From Chrysomallon squamiferum (Eukaryota > Animalia > Mollusca), in assembly GCA_012295275.1 (NCBI GenBank), contig CM022671.1, positions 11,470,001 through 11,534,000 on the forward strand: a stretch of 64,000 bases of DNA. Direction: 5' to 3'. Position 1 is the first letter of the stretch. Each line of letters opens with the position of its first letter. The translations under genes and the position numbers were made by a program. Below the pieces are notes generated by a model. The model worked only from the letters and a program-made list of their open reading frames with translations, searched no databases and was not told the DNA's origin. Below, one piece after another: positions 11,101-21,666 of the stretch.

Positions 11101-12438
11101 AATGAATTATACTAGTATTTCAGTTGTTTATTTGTTTATTCTCACTTTTTTTTCTTTTTCTGTTTTTTTTTTTTTTTTTTTATGTATATTTCAAATATTT
11201 TTTTTTAATATATATATTTCAAATATTTTTCAGCTGTAACTATTATGTATTTCAAAAAGTGCTTAACATCTTCAAAATATAAAAATATTTTCTTTGTATC
11301 AGATAGCAATCAATACTTAGTGATGAAAATCCAATTTGAATTCCATTTAAAATATTACTATGTCTATTCAAAAATAAATAATTATCGAATTATTTATCTT
11401 AGGTTTGACTTTTCCATTAGTGTTATGTTCCTGGCAAAAGAATGAATTACACTAGTATTTGAGTTGTTTGTTTATTCTCTATTTTCTTTTCTTTTTTTTT
11501 ATATTTCAAATATTTTTCAGCTGTAACTATTATGTATTTCAAAAAGTGCTTAACATCTTCAAAATATAAAAATATTTTGTTTGTGTCAGAGACCTCAAAC
11601 AATATTTTTTTTTTTTTTTTTTTTAAAGTTTTCTATTTAAAGAAAAATATAATTATCATAAAAAGATTTTGGAATGTTACTTTTATCCTCATATTTTGTA
11701 AACAAAATATTAATGGGCGCCTATTTCAGGAAATGCATTTCTCCAAATCAAAACGGTTTCTAAAAATATATAAAATTTCAGTTTTATCGAAACCAAACTG
11801 AGGGTGGTTACTCTTATTTTAATGGTATAAACAAGGAAACAAATAACCTCATAGGGTAATTAAATGTCCATGAGGGGCAGGCATCCAATCAGAGAAATGA
11901 ACTTAATATTTTTGGTTGATTTATATTTAAATCGAATCAAGTTTTATTTTATGTTTCATCTATGTTTATATATCAAAAATATCTTCTTTTTTCATAACAT
12001 TTCTCAGTACTAGGCCTTATGCTAGAGTCTGTGGGGCACACAATCAAGGAGTTGGTCCTGGGCATCACCAGACCTCTCCACGCTGCTGCATAGGATGTTC
12101 AAAATAAAGTTTTAAAAATATTGTTTAAAAATTATGAAACTGATATTTTCATGGGGGTGCCAGAATCTAACCTTGCTGGGCGTGACTTCTGTCAGTTCTG
12201 AAATACATTCTGCAGGTTTTACTTCTTTATTCTCAGTCATGCTGGGCTTGACTTCTGTCAGTTCTGAAATAGATTCTGCAGGTTTTACTTCTTTATTCTC
12301 AGTCATGCTGGGCTTGACTTCTTTCTCTTCTGAAATAGATTCTGCAGGTTTTATTTCTTTATTCTCAGTCATGCTGGGCTTGACTTCTTTCTCTTCTGAA
12401 ATAGATTCTGCAGGTTTTACTTCTTTGTTCTCAGTCAT
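8171..12438 (-). CDS. NAPEPLD: NAPE-PLD-like MBL-fold hydrolase, copy B; intact, 447 aa, with N-terminal repeat
   Basis: Coding exons on minus: 12438-12172, 11090-10926, 10450-9941, 9703-9555, 9379-9265, 8308-8171, totalling 1344 nt in one open frame. In-frame stops lie upstream of ATG 12438. Metal-binding motifs HNHYDH, QHW, AGDTGY, QH and IHWGTF and the PIGAYEPR motif are all present. Confidence 0.92.
8780..9185. repeat. AT-rich intronic minisatellite, unit about 36-38 bp (AACAAATTACCTAATGAAACAAATAACAAAA...)
   Basis: Roughly 10-11 degenerate units in the last intron of copy B. Confidence 0.85.
11395..11590 (-). repeat. Local duplication of the copy B exon-3 acceptor region plus about 35 nt of exon
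   Basis: Repeats about 11050-11300 (ttaggtttgactt..ttatgttcctggcaaaagaatgaatta..cagctgtaactattatgtatttcaaaaagtgcttaacatc). Confidence 0.85.
12175..12438 (-). repeat. Coding tandem repeat, 4 x 66 bp ([22 protein letters not shown])
   Basis: Four near-identical 66-bp units are directly visible and are in frame with the downstream NAPE-PLD exons via donor AAG|GTTAGA. Confidence 0.95.
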
Positions 12439-12709
12439 GCTTCTTTATCCTCAGTATAATTTCCGTTTTCTACAAAATGGAAAAATAAAATCAGTTTATA
12501 TCATAATTAATTATTTAACAAATTGTTTTATATTATTTGTAGAGTGAAAAAAAATATTTACATAAATAAATTGTTGTTTATTTTATTTAGTAGCCTTTAA
12601 GTACAATAATAACAAACACCCGGATATAAAATATTGCTAACACAATTAAACATTACAATAATAAAGTAAGCAATTCATATTAATAGTAAAAATAATAGTA
12701 ACAACAAAC

Positions 12710-12790
12710 CTTCAGTTTTCTAAAACTGATCAGGAAATATTAAAAAAATGCATCCGGTCAGTTTCGGTTTCGTTTTCATTACATTGTGGT
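12710..12790 (-). promoter_or_regulatory. Putative non-coding first exon / proximal promoter of copy B with IRF/ISRE-type motif
   Basis: Donor AAG|GTTTGT at 12710/12709. AGTTTCGGTTTCGTTTTC at 12760-12777, CAGGAAAT at 12731-12738. A further ETS-type GCGGAAGT lies at 12983-12990. Confidence 0.6.
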
Positions 12791-14240
12791 TCTTCAAGGT
12801 AAACATTTAGCATAATTTCTCCTGATTAACTATTTAACTTTCAAAATTTGTCGAAAAAGAACGGAAACAAAAAAAAGGGGGGGATGCAAAAAATAAATAA
12901 TAGTAAGTGATAAAAATACCGCAGAAAGTTTAATCACGCATATAAAAACTTTCTGTGCTATTTTATATCACGTGTTTTATGAGCGGAAGTACACTTGTTC
13001 ATGAAAATATTAGCGTTTAGTTTTTAGTATTGTCAGTAACCATTTGCCTATGGAGCAGTGAAATAATTGAATAAACAAACTATCCACACTTTCAAGTGTT
13101 TCATTTGTTGACCAATCTTCATTAATGAAATTGTGATACAATTACCATTTATGACAATAGAACATGGCGCGAGGAGTACAAAACACCAACGGTTGACTTC
13201 ATATATTTTTATGTATATAAATAATATCGACATAACTTACAACAACCCATGAAACAAATCTGCATTTAAAAATTTAATTCTTTTTTTAAAAAAGGAAAAT
13301 TTTAAAATATTAACTGTTTTCATTTGTATTCACAATGCAAATCCTTTTTCCACTTTTATATAAATTGATACTATTATCCTAGAAGTACATTATCTGAGCT
13401 GTAATTGAAGCGAGTGAATACAAAATATCAAATGAGTAATTCAGTAATTGTTTGTAAATTTATAATATATTTATATTATATCTATATCAGTGTTAGGATT
13501 TTCTCCCCCGGCATTTTGTCCGTGGAGGTTTTTTTTCTTCGAATTTTACAGATGCTGCCAGTGTCCTGTTTTACTGAATTTTTGTTATCACTAATTTCAG
13601 TAAGGAATGCGTTAAATATTGCATCAATTGTATTGAAACCTTAAAAGAAGAAAGAAAAAAATAAACAAATAAAACTGGCTTTATCTTTACAGATATCTAA
13701 AAACAAAACTAATATACAAAAAAAAAAAAAAAAAAAAAAAAACATCGCCATAAAATACTACTGTAACTATACAAATGGTGGCAAATATATAACAAAAATG
13801 TTTTTATTCTGAGATTTTGTTAATTTCTCTGAAGGTAAATGTTAACCTTCTTTCATCGTCATGTAGATGTAATTTGAATGCTATACTTATTGCAAAATGC
13901 CTTGTTTTAGATCTTCAGTCATCTTGTTGGGAAAAATGGTAACAAAATTATACCACAATAACTCTGTTACAATTATTTCACTGTACCCAGCTTTATACAA
14001 ATCTACAAAAATAAGAATTTCAGAAAACATTATATTAAAAGTTTTTGATTTTATTGACATGTGACCGACAGTCACACCTAAATGCAGCTAAAATTGGCTG
14101 GGGTTTTATCCACATTTGCAGTTGGGTTTTGATATTCAGCAGGTTTAAATTCAACAAATTTGTTCGTGTTCAGTGTAATGTTCTAAAGAAATTAAAAGAA
14201 AACAAATGCTGCTTCTCTGTGTAGAAATTTATTTTATCTA

Positions 14241-17200
14241 TCATCTTTGTTTTGCTGTTTGCAATTTACACTGTGATTGGTACTGATCTTTCACGAAAGT
14301 CACTAGACTGTTTTCTGTTCTGTAAATAACCACAAGAACAAGCATTCCGCAGACACCACCAACTCCAGTGTGAATTATTCGTCCAGAAATTCCTTTATCA
14401 CAGCAAAATGTTGCCTATAAATATAAATATGATGGCTGTAATAAGATAAAAGTAGTGTTTCTGTAGGTAAAATATTGCAATAATGATTGTGGTGGTAACA
14501 GTTGTTAGCGGCAGCAATTGTGGCTTAGTGAACATGCATGTAACACTATTAGTAATAGTAATTATAATGAAATAATTTACAGTAAAAACAATTTAAATTT
14601 GCATCAACTGTCATGACATACCTCAGAAACATAAGTGACGAAGAATGACAACACGAGTGTAATAAGAACAGGGAAAGATGGAATACAGGAATTCAAAGCC
14701 TTATGCTGACACTCTTTAAAATAATTCATAATGAAATAGATGCTGAAATAAAAATAAAACAGGTAAACAGGGAAAGATGTTGGTTTTTTAATTATGTTAA
14801 TGAGCATGACCACATAACCACTTCTATATACAAGAATAAAAATGTCTTCAGTATCTTTTATATCAAACAAAGTTGTATGAAATCTGAATTAGCATTGCTA
14901 ATTTATAAAAAAAAATACATCTATCAACCCGTTTTACTATTTTTTGTAATTATTTTAATAATAATAATAATAAAATGATCTGAAAAGCAGAGAACCTTTT
15001 TAAAATTCAGATATAACTTTTTTATTTATTTATTTTTTAGTACATAGCACAAATGTTTTTCTACCTTACCTGTGAACAATGCGTGCAAGCATGTTTAAAC
15101 AGTTTGCTATGATGAACCCAACACTGCCAAAGTGTCTTGTTAACAACCAGGAAGACAGAAGAAAAAGCACAGAAAACACCAACATCTTTTTATTGTATCT
15201 ATCATTATAAATAAACAATAATTATTATCAGTTGCATTTTGAATAGATCTTTCTTGAAAATTATAATGAGAAATGACAATATGTCAGTGTAAGTTATAAA
15301 ACTTTGACTCAGCAAAAACATGGTAAAACATTTACTATCCATTCATTTAGTTAAATAAAATATACACCAATATATATATAATTCACTTTTAACACATTTA
15401 ACTCGGCTTGATAAGAAAAAGAAAAATGAATCAGAAATTCAGTGCAATGAAAAAATGGTCAAGTTATAACAGCTTACTTATCAACCTGTTCTTGACTCAT
15501 TGCAGCAAAGACAAACCCTTCAGTTGTGCCATTGACAGCTATCACCAGAACATACAGGCAATACCATCGAAGTAACATTGGACCTGGAGAAAATATATTT
15601 TTGATAAGTGAATATATATGTATATACACACACACATACATGTGTCTGTGTTTTTGTTTTGTTTTTTATATTAATTTTGTAATGATTGCTAGGTATAAAT
15701 ACCACCTTGTTTTTCTTTCTCTGTTTTTTAAATCATAACTGAAGAAACCAACTGCGGTCCAATGTGAATACTGAGTATGATTCATTCAGTGTAACACCAT
15801 GACTAAGGAGATGATGAAATTGTATGAAAACATTTTCAAATTTGCATCAGAAAATTCAGGCAGACTGTTACATCCAAAAATGATATTGTCATTCAGTATT
15901 TATTTTGCTCAAAATGTGACAGAAAGTAAACTTTAACATAAACAGTTTGAAAGTTGAAATATTTATCAGTTACCTGTTCCTGAACTGAGAATATTCCCTC
16001 CATAAAGATCAAGAGCCAAAAAGGAGAATGAGAAGCCAAAAACTAAGATAACAGATCCAATAAGTATAACTGTTTTTAGCAAAGCTTCCAAAACCTGACT
16101 GCAAAAGGCTAAAGATTCCTGTAAAACATGAACAATAAAGTATTTTTTTGTTCTTTTCTTGTTTGCTAAGATATAGTTGTTAATATTTTTATTGTAGAAA
16201 ACTGGATACATGTGAATCTGAATTTTCTATTATTAAAATGAACAACCTGTTTAACTTTTTCATGTTTTTTGTTGAAAACGAATCTAGAAGTTTTATTATT
16301 TTAAAGGTACACTGTCACAAACATGCTGCAAAAAAATACGCTCCAAAATTGAATTAACTTTATATTTTAAAATAGATTTTGAATTTTTTGTTGGAAAGAA
16401 AGGTGTAAATTCTTAAACCTGCCTGAGACTGTTGTTCTGCTGGAAGACCTCTGGTTAGAGACTGAGAGAAAAAAAAATAACTATTTTCTTCAATGGGAAG
16501 AAATATAAAACGTGCAGCCATAGAACCCAGATTGTTTATAACATCATAAATGCCTGAAATTAAAAAATTATAACATCAACAGAGCCATGTAAGACAGACC
16601 TTATGGATACTAATTAGATACTAAAGTTAAATATATACCTAGCTTTGCTATAAAATTATTTATTACTGGGTTAGTATAACTGTTAAAGAAGTGGAATTTT
16701 TAAACCGAGTCAAATATTATTACTGCAGTATTCAAGTGACATTTGTATAATTTGCAACATTCTTGTCTTTTACTGTGTGTACAAACCTTGATCAGCAAAA
16801 CTAAGAACATCCAGAAATGTCATAACAAATCTTTCACCTGAAAGAAAGATGAACATCAACTGTAAATTAATATAAAATCATAATAAAAGAAAAATTACAA
16901 GGAAACTTTGGGAATTATTATAATGAATTAATAATGGCCGATTATTGGTGCACAAATAGGAAGTAATTTCCTACAAACAAAACCATATCTATTAAGAGTC
17001 AAAAAATCACAATGTGATAACATGAAAAATAACCTTGTCATTATCAGATTTATTGCAGCTGATTAATTATATTTTAAGAAAATGATATATCAGCATTTTT
17101 TGGTGATAAAATTTTAATTATTATATGATAATATTTTAGAATTTCAAATTATTTCACTTAAAAATAATGAAAGCATGCCTACCTTCAGTAAGGATTTGCT

Positions 17201-20200
17201 TCAAAAAGCTCTGTTTAAAAAAACTCCAAGTAAGTCTAGCCAGTCGCTGGTCTATGAAAGGCTGTAAATATAATACTAACAAGCATCAAACATTATAATA
17301 ACGTATAGTTTTAGAAGTGTTATAATTAGTAGATCAATAAATTAGATCTACATTTAAGAAAAGAATGAATATTTAACAGCACCTATGTACCTTTGAATAA
17401 TAATGCCTGTTCAGAATTTAGGAATAAACTTATAACAGATTGTTAAAATCACATTTAATGCTTGACAAATATGAACACAAAATGCTGATCATAGTTTTTA
17501 CCTCTCCTTCAATATGGCGTGGGAAAAAGTGTTCAATTTTTGTCAGTGGAAAATCATCATCTCGTTTGTTGATGTGTCTGATGTATTGCAGAAAATAGCC
17601 ATAATACATGATCACATAACTAATCACAAAGATCACCTTTGAGAAAATATTTAAAAAGCAAATTAAGTATTTTTTGTCACAGTTTGACATTAAAACACAC
17701 ACACACACACACACACACACATTAGAACAAAATTATTTTGTTGTTTCAATAAAGATAATTAATGCATTATTTTTTTTCTTATAAATAATTTTAACCTTGC
17801 TGTATTTATTTCCCTTTGCTTATGAAGAACAAAACAAAAATATAAAAAATAATAATAATAAATATATAAGTAGGTATGACAGTTCTTTTTTTTAATTACT
17901 AAAGATAACTTAGTTTGGAGCATGAAAAAACTTAATTAAGAAATAAACTTCTAAATTCATATTATTTTTTTGATTATTACTAAAGCTTTTATTTTATTAA
18001 AAAGAATCACATTTTCACCAATAACAAGCCACTTACTTGTGCTATACAGAAATTAATGAGACCCCACTCTGGGAAAGAAAGAACAAGAAATATGGTGACA
18101 ATACATTTAATGGCTTGAGAAAAACCTAGAAGAATAACCTGTAACAAAAACAAAAAACATTATATAATATACACGTCATAAAGTGGGTGAATAATCTTGA
18201 TGTTGGTGTTTCAGGGAGCAACCTGCACTATTCTGGTTGTATAAGAAAAATTTGAATAGTAAAAATTTGGATGAGTAATCTTAATTATAATCTTTTAAGC
18301 AGAGAAATCTGAACAGTTTGGTTTCCGCTAAAGACTTATGTACAGATTGTTAATTTGGCTATAAAAATGAAAAAGGACAGTGTCAAAATTATTTACCATC
18401 AACTTTTTAATTTGACTATAAAATTTAAAAACTACTATGTAAGAACTATTTACCTTCAACTTAACAAAGAGAAATGCTTGGCCCACAACCCACAGCGGTT
18501 CAGCTACTACTTCTATAAGTGTTGAGACACTGAAGCAGATCACTCCTATGTTGTAATATGGAACAACTGTAGAGTCTGGACTGTCCAGCAAATACATCCA
18601 TATCACACCTAGTGACCCACAGCAAAGCACAGCGACTGGAACACTTTCAAAGACATTAGTATTTAACTAAAAACACTCATTACATTAGCATTTAAAACAA
18701 ATCTAAATCTTCAAAAGATTAAAATAAGATTTTAGAAAAATTCTAGAAATATGTAATCTCCTGATCTGTTCTTTTTAAGGAGACTGTTAATCAAAACAGA
18801 CATAACTGAAGATGCAGCATTAATGGACATATACAGAGTGCTGAAAAATTAAATATTAACTGTATTGAGTTTCATATCAGTCAGTTTCCAAAAATATCAA
18901 ATAAAGATATTTTGATCAAACAACAAAAAAAAAAAAATAATAATAATAATAAAATAATAATAATGATTTAAAACAAATTATTGCTGTTACTCTTTCTCTT
19001 CACCTGCACCAAACAAGATTTATAACCTGGCGCCAATTTTTCTTTTCAATATTGCTGAGGCACGATCTGTCAAATGCTTCTTTAGCTAGAAACAGTGTAG
19101 TTGAATATAACAACATCAGTCTAAAATTAAATAAATACATATAGATTTAATTTTGAATATAAAAACCAACACATTAATTTAAATATCAACCAACACATTA
19201 ATTTAAATATCAATCTAAAACAAAAACAGTTATGTTACTTGAATTTACATTTGGTTCAAACAATACATGAGCTAACAATTATGGTCATTTTGAAAATGAA
19301 CTCTTTGAAAAAAAAAAAAAAATAATCAGAGACAAGCAATAGTATAAATTTTCACATGGAGAAATGTATATTTAAAGTATAATTTCTATGTACAAAGGTG
19401 ACATTAAATATGTATACATACTACTAAAAATTATCTTCAGTATTGCATGAATAGCTCTAAACAGAAAGATAACACAACTGCATACATAAATACTCATGTA
19501 TGTGTGTAGATATACATATATATATTCACTGTCACCTTATGTCTCAATCAAAGTTGAATATTCATAACCTTTTATATATAATTTAATAGTAACAGGCACA
19601 CAGCAAAACAACCTGAATTAATGTAGTTTAGTGGAGAACAGATTGTTTCCTATAAATTATTAAGAATATAATACTCTGATTTTTTTTTATGACTTTTTTA
19701 TTTTTTTATTTTTTTAAAATTATTTTATTTATTTATTTATTTATTCTTTTTCTTTTTATTTCTTAAATAATGAGTAATATTTTTAAAGTCTAAGGATAGC
19801 TTGCAATATCCTGGTTTAAACAGTCTCACCATTTTTAATTTTCTAAACAGAAACATTTAATGAACTTAATTTTTTTACCTGACATTGACAACACCCAAGA
19901 GATCCTTCGAAATGAATCTCAAAATAAAAGCATTGAGAAGAAATGTCATAACTCGAATGGTAAGCTTCAAAAAAAAAAAATAATAATAATAAATAAATAA
20001 ATAAATAATAATAAAATAATAATTTATTTAAAAAGTTATAAGAATTAAACATCAATTGTCTCTAATGTTTTGAATGTTTTAATAACTGAATTTCACATAC
20101 ATGTGAACAAACAATTATCTGAATACAAACAATGTTTTGAATATATTAGTAACTGAAATTCATGTAAAATGTACTGTGAATACTGTACAATATTTTGAAT

Positions 20201-20517
20201 AGTTCAGTAACAAATTTCTCATAAACAAAATTACATTAAAATGTAATTTCAATAACTGAATGAACTAAAATTAATAAGATGAATAACTGTTGCCACAAAA
20301 TACTGTCACATACAAATTAAATGAAAATATACATCTTACCAACATATACTGTATTTGTATACAAAAGTTTTAAAATTATAAAATTTTAAAATTATTTGTT
20401 GTTGTTGTTGTTATAGATTGAACAGATCACAATAATTATATCAACATATGTAACCTGCAAAATCATATTATAAGTGGCTGCCTTGGTAATTCCTGCAAGA
20501 AGATCCGAAGCCTTCAT
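14241..20517 (-). CDS. RFT1: Protein RFT1 homolog (Man5GlcNAc2-PP-dolichol translocation factor), 14 coding exons, 542 aa
   Basis: Exons on minus: 20517-20455, 19964-19879, 19120-19004, 18643-18454, 18138-18037, 17636-17502, 17261-17183, 16837-16787, 16553-16423, 16118-15974, 15583-15478, 15198-15070, 14742-14622, 14414-14241, totalling 1629 nt in one open frame. Diagnostic motifs: [78 protein letters not shown]. Confidence 0.96.
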
Positions 20518-20519
20518 CG

Positions 20520-21070
20520 TTGACGTCTGCACAACTTCAGCTTCAGGTTATTTTCTTTATTCAGATTTCATTTAGCATAGGCAAACACAATGATTTTTCC
20601 GTTGAATATTTACTTAGTCGTTGATACATCAATGAACTTCTGATAATTTTAATGCAATTAAAGAACGCAGTATAACATATTTTATTGTCATTATTTGTGT
20701 AACCTGGGCGCAGACATTTTGGACAAACATTAGTCACATGATTTGTTATTGTATGCGTTGCACTGATTAGCAATATTATAGTGATCTCTAAAAAGCGAAT
20801 CTTTTATTTCATTAACTCTATCCAGTTTTAGACATTAATTCTGCTAAAAATAAAATATCGAATTATATAGAAATAAACAGATAATATATTTTAAATGGAG
20901 ATAAGAATATGTCATATGGCCTGAGAGCAAAAGATAGGAGACGAAATAAATAAGGTGCAACTTAAAATAAAGGCGTAAAATACGAATAAGATTTAAAAAC
21001 AAGTGGGAAAACCTCAGTGAGAATTTTAGCGTTAGTTTGTTTCCGTAATTAAGAATACATTAAGTGACAG
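20520..21070. promoter_or_regulatory. Probable bidirectional promoter between RFT1 and NSMCE3, including a putative non-coding first exon of NSMCE3
   Basis: RFT1 ATG at 20517 on minus. Plus-strand donor CAG|GTAAAT at 21070/21071 lies upstream of the NSMCE3 ATG exon, whose acceptor is at 21653. The TSS positions are inferred. Confidence 0.55.
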
Positions 21071-21666
21071 GTAAATATTCTGAAATACCATTGTTGTATT
21101 TTAAAATTTCATTTGATATTGTGTTGTTTTGACACGGTTTTATTTTAGATTTTGATTTAATTTTATATATGACAATGTCATTTTGACATGAACTAATTTT
21201 ACGAACTAATAAATATAATATTGTAAATGAATGATATTCATCATACTGCTGATGATGTGTTAAAAATTAATTTTAATGGAACATTTTATTTTAATTTATT
21301 TATTTTAATTTTTAATTATATGTAAATTATACATTTCAAATTTAGCAAATAACATTTACTGATTTGTAAGTATGTTAAACTGTACCAATTTCATCAATTC
21401 ATGGACTTGTTTATGGGTTTGTGTTGTATAAACAGAGATTCATATGTTGACAAATCCATATATATTTATTAGTTAATATTAAATATTAATTTCTTTTTTA
21501 AATTATTCAAAAAGAGTAAAGGAAATAAACCCAACCTATATTAAGAAAATGAAATGTAATAGTTTCAAATTTTTAACCATTAGATTTCTAAAATTGGAAA
21601 TAAAATGTATTAAACAACAGGGAGTACATTGCAATGGTTAAATTGTTTTTCAGTTAAGACACTAAA

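Noticed and set aside
12020-12090. GC-rich segment resembling a DNA-transposon terminus (gggcatcaccagacctctccacgctgctg)
   Set aside because: No matching second terminus or target-site duplication could be identified with confidence.
12134-12547. 137-aa plus-strand repetitive ORF, and other ORFs antisense to NAPE-PLD and FGD exons
   Set aside because: Antisense shadows of true coding exons.
6698-12779. Conserved uORF (MKKMKPKLT / MKTKPKLT) in the first exons of both paralogs
   Set aside because: The shared peptide is just the translation of the GAAA-repeat motif. Lengths and downstream codons differ, and the TSS may lie downstream of the ATGs.
13480-13845. Possible extra minus-strand exon (GFNTIDAIFN..KILTLI*) downstream of the RFT1 stop, with a candidate intron 13642-13846
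   Set aside because: RFT1 is already complete, there is no recognisable homology or linking in-frame exon, and the ggcattttgtcc segment looks repeat-derived. It could be spliced 3' UTR, but I cannot support that.
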